Shown here in pieces: positions 15,279-24,583 of a stretch of DNA of 36,151 nucleotides. The stretch lies in IMG/VR virus record IMGVR_UViG_2585427765_000017. One strand, written 5' to 3'. The notes under the pieces were generated by a model. It was given only the letters and a program-made list of their open reading frames with translations, had not been told where the DNA came from and did not search any database. The DNA comes from a virus. Lineage: Duplodnaviria; Heunggongvirae; Uroviricota; Caudoviricetes. The position numbers were made by a program, and so were the translations under genes. Numbering within the stretch: position 1 is the stretch's first letter; the number at the start of each line of letters is the position of its first letter.

Positions 15279-15829
15279 TCGTAAATATGATATATCCGGA
15301 AATTACAGGCAAAAGCGGCGAGCATTTACGTCTAAAAACGCTGGAAGCCGTCTGGATCCAGGGGAAATTACGGATGTGGGGGCGTTGGTCGTATATAGGT
15401 GGTGGCAAACCAGGAAATATGTTCAATCAGTTGCTGGCATCCAAAAAACTGACAAAAACCGCGGTCAATGAAGCCCTGCGTAGAATCAGGGAGTCAGGGA
15501 TTGATAAACCAGAGCTGGAAGCATTCTTGCGAGAGATGATCGCTGGCAGACAGAAGAGCTGGTTGTCTCACTGTACTGATGCAGAGGCGTTACGCATTGA
15601 TGGGGTGATAAGTAAAGCGCTTGCACGTTATCCTGGATTGATTGATATCCTGCGGCAAAGGTACGAAGGGCGGGGGATGAGTAAACGCAAAATGGCTGAA
15701 TTGTTGAATGAGGTTCACCCTGAGTGGTGCTATGCAACATGCCGCAATCGTATAGATATGTGGCTGAGAATAGCTGAGTTTATTCTGTATCCACTGATGC
15801 GAGATGCATTTTCTTTTACTGACGCTTAG
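15275..15829 (+). CDS. Late antiterminator Q candidate (canonical position)
   Basis: About 180-aa ORF directly after rusA and directly upstream of a short non-coding stretch ending in a strong intrinsic terminator (tR'-like), the standard Q-PR'-tR' arrangement. Sequence family not confirmed. Confidence 0.5.
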   Translation: MIVNMIYPEITGKSGEHLRLKTLEAVWIQGKLRMWGRWSYIGGGKPGNMFNQLLASKKLTKTAVNEALRRIRESGIDKPELEAFLREMIAGRQKSWLSHCTDAEALRIDGVISKALARYPGLIDILRQRYEGRGMSKRKMAELLNEVHPEWCYATCRNRIDMWLRIAEFILYPLMRDAFSFTDA

Positions 15830-15996
15830 AATCTGGAGGGCGTTTGTTGTTGCACGAAGAGGATTTTTGGCTGGTAGTAAGGTTTGTGCAGTTTTAGAAA
15901 AAAAGCTTGTATTTTTAGCCATAAACTGTTTCAATCCAGCTACGCTTCGCAAAGCTGTACCGCGAGGCGAATAGCAGACATGGACACCTGAAAGAA

Positions 15997-16019
15997 CCCG
16001 CTTTATGCGGGTTTTTTTA
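15997..16019 (+). terminator. Intrinsic terminator (tR'-like) downstream of Q
   Basis: CCCGC-tttat-GCGGG followed by TTTTTTT at about 15997-16019. Confidence 0.6.
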
Positions 16020-16141
16020 TGCCTGAAAAACGGCACAGAACATTAAACGCGCTGGTAGTTGTGAATACTGGTCTTTCAGCTTGCTGGCTTTTTCGACAAG
16101 AGGTATTGGTATGTCACGTTAACCAGAAAAGGGAAAAAGGC

Positions 16142-16339
16142 ATGCTAAAACAGCAGGATATGACCGAAACCGCCAGAGTGGTGTTTAATGAATTAAGCGT
16201 CACCGAACCGGCGACCGTCGGGGAAATTGCGCAGAATACTTACCTTTCACGCGAACGCTGCCAGTTAATACTGACTCAGCTTGTTATGGCGGGTCTGGCA
16301 GATTATCAGTTCGGTTGTTACAGACGCCTTCCGCAGTGA
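16142..16339 (+). CDS. Small hypothetical protein (65 aa), possibly winged-helix DNA-binding
   Basis: Internal Met of track ORF 16019..16339; MLKQQDMTETARVVFNELSVTEPATVGEIAQNTYLSRERCQLILTQLVMAGL; sits between tR' and the methyltransferase. Confidence 0.35.
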   Translation: MLKQQDMTETARVVFNELSVTEPATVGEIAQNTYLSRERCQLILTQLVMAGLADYQFGCYRRLPQ

Positions 16340-16489
16340 AGGCTTTTTAATTTGTGGTAATGGGCGGCTGGTGGGTGTTAGCGGCACCTGCCAGCCATCT
16401 GCTCATGCGTTGGGGTCACAAGCAAACCTCAGGCCCATCTGCTTTGCGCAAAAGCGGTATGAGCCTATCAGAGAAGTGCTTATTGATCT

Positions 16490-17539
16490 ATGATTAATAC
16501 TGTAAAAATATCCAGTTGTGAGTTAATCAACGCTGATTGCCTGGAGTTTATCCAGACCTTACCGGAAAACTCTGTCGATCTGATAGTCACAGACCCGCCA
16601 TATTTTAAAGTGAAGCCCGAGGGCTGGGATAACCAGTGGGAGGGCGACGATGATTACCTGAAATGGCTGGACCAGTGTCTGGCGCAGTTCTGGCGGGTAC
16701 TGAAGCCTGCCGGAAGTCTTTACCTGTTCTGTGGTCATCGCCTGGCATCTGACACCGAAATCATGATGCGTGAGCGCTTTAATGTGCTGAACCACATTAT
16801 CTGGGCGAAGCCGTCCGGACGCTGGAACGGGTGCAATAAGGAAAGTCTGCGGGCGTATTTTCCGGCAACAGAGCGCATTCTGTTTGCAGAACATTATCAG
16901 GGACCGTATCGCCCGAAAGATGATGGCTATGTGGAGCAGGGGCGCGAGCTAAAACAGCACGTCATGGCCCCGCTGATTTCTTACTTTCGTGATGCGCGTA
17001 AATCACTGGGAATAACGTCAAAACAGATAGCGGAAGCCACCGGAAAGAAAAACATGGCTTCGCACTGGTTTGGTGCCAGTCAGTGGCAGTTACCGAACGA
17101 GGGTGATTACAATAAATTGCAGGCGTTGTTTGCGCGTGTTGCGGCAGAAAAACATCAGCGCGGGGAACTGGAAAAGCCACACCACCAGCTGGTCAGCACA
17201 TACAGTGAGCTGAACCGGCAGTATACGGAACTGCTGAGTGAATATAAAAATTTGCGGCGGTATTTCGGTGTGACGGCGCAGGTTCCGTACACCGATGTCT
17301 GGACGCATAAACCGGTGCAGTACTATCCAGGGAAACATCCGTGCGAAAAACCGGCAGAAATGCTGCAGCAGATAATCAACGCGAGCAGTCGTCCGGGAGA
17401 CCTGGTTGCAGATTTTTTTATGGGTTCAGGTTCAACGGTAAAAGCGGCGATGGCACTGGGGCGTTGTGCGATTGGTGTTGAGCTGGAGACCGGACGTTTT
17501 GAACAGACAGTCAGGGAAGTTCAGGATTTAATCGTTTGA
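16490..17539 (+). CDS. DNA methyltransferase (N6-adenine/N4-cytosine class, DPPY motif), apparently orphan
   Basis: Motif IV DPPY near the N-terminus (LIVTDPPYF) and motif I FxGxG near the C-terminus (DFFMGSGST). No restriction endonuclease gene identifiable adjacent. Confidence 0.85.
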   Translation: MINTVKISSCELINADCLEFIQTLPENSVDLIVTDPPYFKVKPEGWDNQWEGDDDYLKWLDQCLAQFWRVLKPAGSLYLFCGHRLASDTEIMMRERFNVLNHIIWAKPSGRWNGCNKESLRAYFPATERILFAEHYQGPYRPKDDGYVEQGRELKQHVMAPLISYFRDARKSLGITSKQIAEATGKKNMASHWFGASQWQLPNEGDYNKLQALFARVAAEKHQRGELEKPHHQLVSTYSELNRQYTELLSEYKNLRRYFGVTAQVPYTDVWTHKPVQYYPGKHPCEKPAEMLQQIINASSRPGDLVADFFMGSGSTVKAAMALGRCAIGVELETGRFEQTVREVQDLIV

Positions 17540-17588
17540 AACGGATGAGATTGCAGAATTAATTACGCACCATTATTATTCTGCTCCC

Positions 17589-17664
17589 GGCCCTTTAGCT
17601 CAGTGGTGAGAGCGAGCGACTCATAATCGCCAGGTCGCTGGTTCAAATCCAGCAAGGGCCACCA
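17589..17664 (+). tRNA. ileZ: tRNA-Ile (anticodon CAU, lysidine type; ileX/ileZ-like)
   Basis: GGCCCTTTAGCTCAGTGG...ACTCATAATCG...GGTTCAAATCCAGCAAGGGCCACCA: acceptor GGCCCTT/AAGGGCC, anticodon loop CUCAUAA, encoded CCA; close to E. coli ileX as recalled. Confidence 0.8.
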
Positions 17665-17671
17665 TCACATA

Positions 17672-17748
17672 CCGCCATTAGCTCATCAGGATAGAGCGCC
17701 AGCCTTCGAAGCTGGTTGCGCGGGGTTCGAGTCCTCGATGGCGGTCCA
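17672..17748 (+). tRNA. argN: tRNA-Arg (anticodon UCG)
   Basis: Cloverleaf folded by hand: acceptor CCGCCAT/ATGGCGG, anticodon stem CCAGC/GCTGG with loop CTTCGAA, T-loop TTCGAGT, encoded CCA. C1-G72 start is unusual. Confidence 0.7.
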
Positions 17749-17761
17749 TTATCTGTACCCT

Positions 17762-17838
17762 GCGTTGTTAGCTCAGCCGGACAGAGCAATTGCCTTCTAA
17801 GCAATCGGTCACTGGTTCGAATCCAGTACAACGCGCCA
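17762..17838 (+). tRNA. argO: tRNA-Arg (anticodon UCU)
   Basis: Acceptor GCGTTGT/ACAACGC, anticodon stem ATTGC/GCAAT with loop CTTCTAA, T-loop TTCGAAT, encoded CCA. Confidence 0.8.
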
Positions 17839-17852
17839 CGCTTATTTTTCCA

Positions 17853-17882
17853 GGCTCGCTTCGGCGGGCCTTTTTCATATCC
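17853..17882 (+). terminator. Hairpin plus T-run directly after the tRNA cluster
   Basis: GGCTCGC-ttcg-GCGGGCC followed by TTTTT at about 17853-17882. Confidence 0.4.
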
Positions 17883-18013
17883 GCGCCACGCCCGGCGCAC
17901 ATCAAAAAACCACAGAGCCTTTCAGGGGTGAGCTTACGGGATGGTCAGTGTGACTTTCTCTGTGGGCTGGTCACCCCCGGGCGCAGGCTCACCCACTAAA
18001 AGGAAAAGTCACG

Positions 18014-18439
18014 ATGTTTGGTATTTTCAAAAAGAAAACCCGCAAGGCCATTACCGAGGTGAAGAAGATGGAGAACCGTGACGCAGTGGAGGCGACCGTC
18101 TGGGGCGCGTACTCCATTGCATACGCTGACGGCACCTGTGACGCGAAAGAAATCGCGGTACTGGAAAAAACCATTGCAGCACTTCCTGTCTTTGCGCCGT
18201 TCTCCGGTGAGATTGCACAAATGAGTGCAAATATCCGCGCCCGTTATGAAGCGTCGCCGCGTTCTGCCAATGCCGAAGCTCTTCGTCAGCTGGCTGATGT
18301 TGCCGGTACTGATGATGCAGTTAATGTGCTGTGCCTGTGTCTGGATATCGCTGACCAGGACGGTATCGGTCAGGAAGAAGAAGCGCAACTGAAGAAAATT
18401 GCGCAGGCGCTGCAGTTGCCGCTGGAGCAGTACCTGTGA
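18014..18439 (+). CDS. TerB-domain-like protein (moron at the position occupied by stx in Stx phages)
   Basis: Two ADG/ADQDG...E...L repeats (IAYADGTCDAKEIAVLEKTI and LDIADQDGIGQEEEAQLKKIAQALQL) characteristic of TerB-like domains; RBS AAGGAAAAG before ATG. Confidence 0.55.
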   Translation: MFGIFKKKTRKAITEVKKMENRDAVEATVWGAYSIAYADGTCDAKEIAVLEKTIAALPVFAPFSGEIAQMSANIRARYEASPRSANAEALRQLADVAGTDDAVNVLCLCLDIADQDGIGQEEEAQLKKIAQALQLPLEQYL

Positions 18440-18588
18440 AAAGTGCGCGCCTTGTGCTGGCTGTCATCCTGTTGTTTCTGGTAGTGGTGGTTGATTTCAC
18501 CGGACGACTGATGTCGGTGCTGGCAGATGGTGTGCTGGTGGCGATGGCGCTGGTCGTGCTCCGGCCTTTACTGCGTAAATCTGAATAA
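18436..18588 (+). CDS. Small hydrophobic protein (50 aa, GTG start overlapping the TerB-like stop; below track threshold)
   Basis: Hand translation VKSARLVLAVILLFLVVVVDFTGRLMSVLADGVLVAMALVVLRPLLRKSE; two hydrophobic segments; start overlaps the upstream stop (GTGA). Confidence 0.3.
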   Translation: MKSARLVLAVILLFLVVVVDFTGRLMSVLADGVLVAMALVVLRPLLRKSE

Positions 18589-18674
18589 CATCACACAAAA
18601 GGCATCTGCGGATGCCTTTGACGGGGTGTTTTTTACGGGTCGCTGGTGGCCCTTTTTTATTTTCAGGAGGAAGT

Positions 18675-19067
18675 ATGTCTGAACCCTTATCCGGTTCCGG
18701 CACGGCTGCGGCGCTGGGTGGCGCGACGGTATTCGGGCTGTTTACCGGGATGGATTTCGGGATTGTGTTTGGCGCGTTCGCCGGGGCGTTATTTGTGGCA
18801 ACGATGCCGCAGTCACTTTCAGTCTGGCGCGTGGTGGCACATTTTCTGGTGTCGTTTATTGTCGGCGTGCTGGGAGCGCGTGTGCTGTCAGCCTGGATTG
18901 CATCAAAAACAGGGTATGACGGTACATCAGCAGATGCGCTTTGCGCGGTGCTGGTCTCGGTGGTGTCGGTGAAGATTCTCTCGTTCATCCACCAGCAGGA
19001 TATTGCATCGCTGGTGTCCGGTGTGTTCTCCCGCCTGCGGGGTGGAGGAGGCGGCAATGTTAAGTAA
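18675..19067 (+). CDS. Holin candidate (multi-TM; internal Met of track ORF 18612..19067)
   Basis: MSEPLSGSG... with three hydrophobic segments and a Gly-rich charged C-terminus; AGGAGGAAGT RBS; immediately upstream of endolysin. Confidence 0.55.
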   Translation: MSEPLSGSGTAAALGGATVFGLFTGMDFGIVFGAFAGALFVATMPQSLSVWRVVAHFLVSFIVGVLGARVLSAWIASKTGYDGTSADALCAVLVSVVSVKILSFIHQQDIASLVSGVFSRLRGGGGGNVK

Positions 19068-19332
19068 CCTTCCCGAATTGCTGAATGTGGCGTTATGCAT
19101 GGTTATCGTGCTGACGCTCTTTTTTTATCGTCGCCGTGATTCCAGACATAAACCGCTGGTGTCATGGCTGGCCTGGCTGCTGATGCTGCTGTATGCCTTT
19201 GCGCCCCTCAGCTATCTGTGTGGTCGCCCGTTAGCAACGGGCTGGCTGGAAGTGTTTTTTAATCTGCTGTTCTGCGTGCTGGTGATACGCGCACGCGGGA
19301 ACGTCACAAAAATCTTTCCATTGTTGAGGTGA
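19057..19332 (+). CDS. Second small membrane protein of the lysis cassette (holin/antiholin-like)
   Basis: MLSNLPELLNVALCMVIVLTLFFYRRRD...WLAWLLMLLYAFAPL...; GGAGG RBS; overlaps holin stop and endolysin start. Confidence 0.45.
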   Translation: MLSNLPELLNVALCMVIVLTLFFYRRRDSRHKPLVSWLAWLLMLLYAFAPLSYLCGRPLATGWLEVFFNLLFCVLVIRARGNVTKIFPLLR

Positions 19333-19334
19333 AT

Positions 19335-19712
19335 ATGCCGGGTAAATTCAGATTCAGCCGTCGCAGTGAAAAAAATCTGGAGGGTGTCAAACCACAGCTG
19401 GTTGCTGTAGTTCGCCGTGCGCTGGAGCTGACGGAGGTTGATTTCGGTATTACGGAAGGCCTGCGCAGTAAGTATCGCCAGAAACAGCTGGTTGCGGAAG
19501 GGAAAAGCCAGACCATGAACAGCCGTCACCTGACCGGTGATGCGGTGGATGTTGTGGCCTACATCGGCAGTCAGGTGTCATGGGAGTGGCCTCTGTACGA
19601 GAAAATCGCACAGGCATTTAAGCAGGCTGCCGCAGAGCTGGGGATCGCTATCGAATGGGGCGGGGACTGGAAAACGCTGAAAGACGGACCTCACTTTCAG
19701 CTGAAGCGATAA
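19335..19712 (+). CDS. Endolysin, peptidase M15 family (L-alanyl-D-glutamate / D-Ala-D-Ala peptidase fold)
   Basis: Zn-binding pattern SRHLTGDAVDV...DGPHF typical of M15 peptidases; ATG at 19335 with GAGGTG RBS preferred over track GTG at 19329. Confidence 0.75.
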   Translation: MPGKFRFSRRSEKNLEGVKPQLVAVVRRALELTEVDFGITEGLRSKYRQKQLVAEGKSQTMNSRHLTGDAVDVVAYIGSQVSWEWPLYEKIAQAFKQAAAELGIAIEWGGDWKTLKDGPHFQLKR

Positions 19713-19723
19713 GTAAAACAAAA

Positions 19724-19753
19724 CCCCGGCTGGGGGAACAGTCCGGGGTTTTT
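19724..19753 (+). terminator. Intrinsic terminator after endolysin
   Basis: CCCCGG-ctgggggaacagt-CCGGGG followed by TTTTT. Confidence 0.5.
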
Positions 19754-19844
19754 AGTTTTCACGTCAAAGGGGAAATTGTGATTAGTGAGTAGGGAGAAAA
19801 TCCTCGTGGGAAAGTATAAAAGATTCTTTTTGAGGTTGTCCATT

Positions 19845-19958
19845 ATGAAAGGTATTGAAATGGAAACTCCCGCGAGCCTTGATTTGACAAGGGCTGCGGC
19901 CTTTGCAATTCGCCTTGTGGCGGTCGCTGTTCTGATTTGGGCTGTGCGTTGGTGGTGA
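19845..19958 (+). CDS. Small membrane ORF (37 aa), possible spanin-like component (approximate coordinates)
   Basis: Hand translation MKGIEMETPASLDLTRAAAFAIRLVAVAVLIWAVRWW; ends 1 nt before the lipoprotein gene. My hand count differed by 1 nt from the ORF track in this stretch. Confidence 0.25.
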   Translation: MKGIEMETPASLDLTRAAAFAIRLVAVAVLIWAVRWW

Positions 19959-19959
19959 T

Positions 19960-20142
19960 ATGGCGCGAAAACACTGGACACACAGAATGCCGCGAACGGC
20001 GGTGAAACGGGCACTGGTAGCGATACTGGTGCCTTTTTTATTGGTGGGGTGCGTCAGCCTGGATAAGGCGCGCCAGCTTTTCGATACCGCGTCTCAGGTC
20101 TGTGAAATTGTCGACGGTGTTCGGCAGTGTCTGCAGAACTGA
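19960..20142 (+). CDS. Small lipoprotein (lipobox LLVGC), possible outer-membrane spanin or moron
   Basis: MARKHWTHRMPRTAVKRALVAILVPFLLVGCVSL...: signal peptide plus lipobox Cys; located after the lysis genes. Confidence 0.45.
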   Translation: MARKHWTHRMPRTAVKRALVAILVPFLLVGCVSLDKARQLFDTASQVCEIVDGVRQCLQN

Positions 20143-20484
20143 TCGCCTGTAAGAGCAGAATATTTTGCTGAAAAATGAAGGGTGCGTCAGCGTCCGGAAA
20201 GCATGAAATTCTGCTGCGTGTGCCAATTTTATCTTATTCATTCTAAATCTTGCCGAATCAAGATGAATTTTGATCAACTGCCCGGCGGCAAGGGGCATTA
20301 AAACAGGAGAAAATTATGTGGAAACCTACAGGTGATAAGTTAATCACCGCGTTGATTGACGGCAAGCCACAATACTTACGCATTGAAATGAGCGGTCAAC
20401 ATGCTCGATTGATTCGTGAGTAACAGGCATTACAGCAGCCCTTCAGTGAGGGGCTGCGATAATGTCGGTATTAAGGAGATTCCA

Positions 20485-20835
20485 ATGCCATCACGAATAC
20501 CCCGCGCCTGTCGTAAGCGTGGATGTGCAGGCACAACAACAGACAGTTCGGGTTACTGCGATAAGCATCGCGGTGAAGGCTGGGTGCAGCACCAGCGCGG
20601 ACTGAGCCGCCACCAGCGTGGCTATGGCTCAAAATGGACGGTGATTCGTGCCCGTATTCTGAAGCGCGATAAAGGTCTGTGTCAGTTGTGTCTGCGTGCC
20701 GGTGTGGTGAGCGAGGCGAAAACCGTCGACCACATCATCCCGAAAGCGCATGGCGGAACAGACGCAGACAGCAACCTGCAGAGTCTGTGCTGGCCCTGCC
20801 ATAAAGCGAAAACAGCGCGCGAACGAATCAGGTGA
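20485..20835 (+). CDS. HNH endonuclease (terminase-associated)
   Basis: HNH motif region VDHIIPKAHGGTDADSNLQSLCWPCHKAKT; located immediately upstream of terS as in HK97-like cos phages; internal ATG with AAGGAGA RBS. Confidence 0.8.
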   Translation: MPSRIPRACRKRGCAGTTTDSSGYCDKHRGEGWVQHQRGLSRHQRGYGSKWTVIRARILKRDKGLCQLCLRAGVVSEAKTVDHIIPKAHGGTDADSNLQSLCWPCHKAKTARERIR

Positions 20836-20950
20836 TAATTATTCTCACTTGTAGGGAGGGGCGGGGCAAATCCCTGCAGCCCTGGCTGTCCGGGACCGCC
20901 CGCCTCGTCAAATTTTTACACCCGCGAAATTAAAAATTTCAGGATTTGAC

Positions 20951-21421
20951 ATGTCAGAAAAATCTGTTGCGCCCGGAAGAGGGAGAAAGCCGAAGCCGAC
21001 TACCCGTAAGGAACTGGCAGGCAATCCCGGCAAGCGGGCATTAAATAAGTTTGAACCAAAATTCACGCCGATCACCCATGCTGAGCCTCCCGAGTGGTTT
21101 GATGAAACCGCTCGTCATATGTGGGACACCATTATTCGTGAGCTCTGTGCCCAGCGAGTTCTTTATGTTACTGATTTGCACAACGTCGTTGCATTCTGCA
21201 CTGCTTTTCGCAACTGGCATGAGTCGCAGCAGGAGGTTATGCGCGTTGGGATTACGGTAGAGAGTGAGGCGGGGCCAAAGAAAAACCCGGCACTCACGGC
21301 GGCAAATGAGGCCGCCAGACAAATGGTGACATTCGGTAGTTTATTAGGACTCGATCCTGCCAGTCGGCAGCGGCTTATCACGCCGAAGCAGGGGAGCGAT
21401 AATCCATTTAAAAACCTATGA
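20951..21421 (+). CDS. terS: Terminase small subunit (P27-family-like)
   Basis: 156-aa basic protein directly upstream of and overlapping the large terminase gene; N-terminal [21 protein letters not shown] typical of P27-type TerS. Confidence 0.7.
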   Translation: MSEKSVAPGRGRKPKPTTRKELAGNPGKRALNKFEPKFTPITHAEPPEWFDETARHMWDTIIRELCAQRVLYVTDLHNVVAFCTAFRNWHESQQEVMRVGITVESEAGPKKNPALTAANEAARQMVTFGSLLGLDPASRQRLITPKQGSDNPFKNL

Positions 21422-23148
21422 CACGAAAAAATTACGTGAACGTTAATGCCGCAAATCAGTATGCACGTGATGTGGTTCGCGGAAAAATTCAGGTTTGCCG
21501 TTATGTCGTTCTGGCCTGCCAGCGTCACCTTGATGACCTGGAAAATTCAGTTAAAAAAAACTATCCGTTTAAATTTGATAAAGATAAAGCTGAGCGGGTG
21601 GCGAAATTTATCCAGCTTTTGCCACACACCAAAGGGGAGTGGGCATTTAAGCGGATGCCCATTACGCTTGAACCCTGGCAGTTGTTCTGTATCTGTGTTG
21701 TGTTTGGGTGGGTGAGAAAAAAGAGCGGTCTGCGTCGATTTCGCGAGGCTTACAACGAAATACCCCGTAAAAACGGGAAATCAGCAATGTCTGCTGGCGT
21801 TGGTCTGTATATGTTTGCCTGCGATGATGAATTTGGCGCTGAAGTGTATTCCGGGGCCACAACAGAGAAACAGGCGTGGGAAGTTTTTCGTCCAGCCAGA
21901 CTGATGGCGCAACGCACGGAGCCATTGCGTGAAGCATTTGGTATTGAAGTACATGCTCAAAGCATGAGCCGTCCGGAGGACGGTGCCCGTTTTGAACCGT
22001 TGATTGGAGATCCCGGAGACGGCGCGTCGCCGAGTTGCGCTCTCATTGATGAATATCACGAGCATCAGACCGATGCACTTTACCAGACGATGCAAACCGG
22101 GATGGGGGCGCGTCGTCAGCCGCTGATTTTTGGTATCACCACTGCGGGCTATAACATTGAAGGGCCATGCTACGACAAACGTCGTGAAGTGATCGAAATG
22201 CTTGAAGGGATTGTGCCCAATGATGAACTGTTCGGGATTATTTATACCATTGACGACGGGGATGACTGGACAGATCCGGCGGTATTGCGTAAAGCGAACC
22301 CCAATATGGGGATTTCTGTCTACAGTGATTACCTGTTATCTCAACAGCGCGCGGCAATTAACAACCCACGAAAAGTGGGCGTGTTCAAAACGAAACATCT
22401 GAATATCTGGGTGGCAGCAAAAGACGCCTTCTTCAATCTTGTGAACTGGCAGAAATGTGAGGACAGGAGTCTGACGCTGGAGCGTTTTGAGGGGCATACC
22501 TGCATTCTGGCGTTTGACCTTGCGCGAAAGCTGGATTTGAACGCAATGGTACGGCTTTTTACCCGAGAGATTGACGGTAAAACGCATTATTATTGTGTCG
22601 CACCCAAGTTTTTTGTTCCCTACGACACAATCTATAGCGCTGATGTGACAGACAGTCGCACAGCAGAACGTTATCAGAAGTGGGTTGAAGGGGGATTTAT
22701 TACCGTTACCGATGGTGCGGAAATTGATTACCGGGAGATCCTTGAGTCTGCGAAAGAAGCAAATCGCTTAAACGCAGTGGAGGAGTCACCTATAGATCCC
22801 CACGGAGCCACAAACCTTTCTCACCACCTTGCTGATGAAAACTTAAACCCTATTACCATCATTCAGAACTACACCAATATGTCGGATCCCATGAAGGAAC
22901 TTGAGGCGGCTATCGAGGCCGGGCGTTTTCATCATGATGGTAATCCTGTGATGACATGGTGTGTCAGCAACGTGATTGGAAAGCACATTCCCGGCGACGA
23001 TGATGTTGTTCGTCCGATCAAACAAGGTAACGAAAACAAAATCGATGGTGCTGTGGCGCTGATTATGGCGATTGGTCGTTGCATGCTATTTGAGAAAGAA
23101 GACACGCTGTCTGATCACATTGAGTCCTACGGGATCCGCTCGCTGTAA
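21418..23148 (+). CDS. terL: Terminase large subunit
   Basis: 576 aa; position after terS and before portal; ATPase/nuclease-sized protein typical of HK97-type TerL. Confidence 0.85.
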   Translation: MTRKNYVNVNAANQYARDVVRGKIQVCRYVVLACQRHLDDLENSVKKNYPFKFDKDKAERVAKFIQLLPHTKGEWAFKRMPITLEPWQLFCICVVFGWVRKKSGLRRFREAYNEIPRKNGKSAMSAGVGLYMFACDDEFGAEVYSGATTEKQAWEVFRPARLMAQRTEPLREAFGIEVHAQSMSRPEDGARFEPLIGDPGDGASPSCALIDEYHEHQTDALYQTMQTGMGARRQPLIFGITTAGYNIEGPCYDKRREVIEMLEGIVPNDELFGIIYTIDDGDDWTDPAVLRKANPNMGISVYSDYLLSQQRAAINNPRKVGVFKTKHLNIWVAAKDAFFNLVNWQKCEDRSLTLERFEGHTCILAFDLARKLDLNAMVRLFTREIDGKTHYYCVAPKFFVPYDTIYSADVTDSRTAERYQKWVEGGFITVTDGAEIDYREILESAKEANRLNAVEESPIDPHGATNLSHHLADENLNPITIIQNYTNMSDPMKELEAAIEAGRFHHDGNPVMTWCVSNVIGKHIPGDDDVVRPIKQGNENKIDGAVALIMAIGRCMLFEKEDTLSDHIESYGIRSL

Positions 23149-23159
23149 CTGAGGTAATT

Positions 23160-23342
23160 ATGATCATGCTGATTCTCGCGCCTCTGGTGGGCGTGCTGGG
23201 TGCGATTTTGCTGGCGTATGGTGCCTGGCTGATTTATCCCCCGGCGGGGTTTGTTGTTGCCGGGGCGTTGTGCCTGTTCTGGTCGTGGCTGGTGGCGCGA
23301 TATCTCGACCGTACACAGTCGTCTGTCGGCGGAGGTAAATAG
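23160..23342 (+). CDS. Small membrane protein (60 aa)
   Basis: [49 protein letters not shown]: two hydrophobic helices; GAGG RBS; between terL and portal. Confidence 0.4.
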   Translation: MIMLILAPLVGVLGAILLAYGAWLIYPPAGFVVAGALCLFWSWLVARYLDRTQSSVGGGK

Positions 23343-24583
23343 TGTTCTTTTCGGGATTATTTCAAAGAAAAAGTAACGCACCGGTGACCACGCCAGCAGA
23401 GCTGGCAGATGCTATCGGGCTGTCCTACGACACCTATACCGGAAAGCAGATCAGCAGCCAGCGGGCCATGCGACTGACGGCGGTTTTTTCCTGCGTCAGG
23501 GTGCTGGCAGAGTCGGTCGGGATGTTGCCCTGCAATCTGTATCACCTGAACGGCAGCCTGAAACAGAGAGCCACCGGCGAACGTCTGCATAAGCTGATCT
23601 CCACGCATCCTAATGGCTATATGACGCCGCAGGAGTTCTGGGAGCTGGTGGTCACCTGTCTGTGTCTGCGGGGAAACTTTTACGCCTACAAAGTGAAAGC
23701 ATTTGGCGAAGTGGCTGAACTGCTGCCCGTCGATCCCGGTTGTGTGGTACCGAAGCTTAACAGTAGCTGGGAGCCGGTCTATCAGGTCACATTCCCGGAC
23801 GGCTCCACGGATGTGCTGACCCAGGAGGATATCTGGCATGTGCGCACGCTGACGCTGGACGGACTGGTGGGGCTGAATCCCGTCGCCTATGCCCGCGAGG
23901 CAATATCGCTGGCGGCAGCGACCGAAGAGCACGGGGCCAGACTGTTCAGCAATGGTGCGGTGACGTCGGGTGTGTTGCGTACAGAGCAAACGCTGTCAGA
24001 TCAGGCTTACGAGCGCCTGAAGAAAGATTTTGAGGAGCGTCACACCGGGCTTGGCAATGCTCACCGCCCGATGATCCTTGAGATGGGGCTGGACTGGAAG
24101 TCGATGGCGCTGAACGCCGAGGACAGCCAGTTCCTGGAAACCCGCAAGTTTCAGCTTGAAGAAATCTGTCGTCTGTTCCGGGTGCCGTTGCACATGGTGC
24201 AGAACACCGATCGCGCCACCTTCAACAATATCGAAGAGCTGGGGCTGGGATTTATCAATTATTCACTGGTGCCGTATCTGACCCGCATCGAACAGCGGAT
24301 CAACACCGGACTGGTACGAAAAAGTAAGCAGGGCGTTTATTACGCCAAATTTAACGCCGGGGCGTTACTGCGCGGAGATATGAAGTCCCGTTTTGAAGCC
24401 TACGCCACCGGGATCAACTGGGGAATTTACTCTCCCAATGACTGCCGTGACCTGGAAGATATGAATCCGCGTCCCGGTGGTGATGTCTATCTCACACCGA
24501 TGAACATGACCACGAAACCCTCCGATGGCAGTAAAGCCGGTAAGCAGAAGGATAACGCCAATGCAGACGAAACAACGTCTTGA
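23342..24583 (+). CDS. Portal protein (HK97 family)
   Basis: 413 aa directly after terminase; portal-sized protein with acidic C-terminus; GGAGGT RBS before GTG start. Confidence 0.8.
   Translation: MFFSGLFQRKSNAPVTTPAELADAIGLSYDTYTGKQISSQRAMRLTAVFSCVRVLAESVGMLPCNLYHLNGSLKQRATGERLHKLISTHPNGYMTPQEFWELVVTCLCLRGNFYAYKVKAFGEVAELLPVDPGCVVPKLNSSWEPVYQVTFPDGSTDVLTQEDIWHVRTLTLDGLVGLNPVAYAREAISLAAATEEHGARLFSNGAVTSGVLRTEQTLSDQAYERLKKDFEERHTGLGNAHRPMILEMGLDWKSMALNAEDSQFLETRKFQLEEICRLFRVPLHMVQNTDRATFNNIEELGLGFINYSLVPYLTRIEQRINTGLVRKSKQGVYYAKFNAGALLRGDMKSRFEAYATGINWGIYSPNDCRDLEDMNPRPGGDVYLTPMNMTTKPSDGSKAGKQKDNANADETTS

Noticed and set aside
17853-18600. Shiga toxin genes (stxA/stxB) expected downstream of the ileZ-argN-argO-like tRNA cluster
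   Set aside because: No ORF of the right size with an A-subunit N-glycosidase or B-pentamer signature; the locus instead holds the TerB-like gene and a small membrane ORF.
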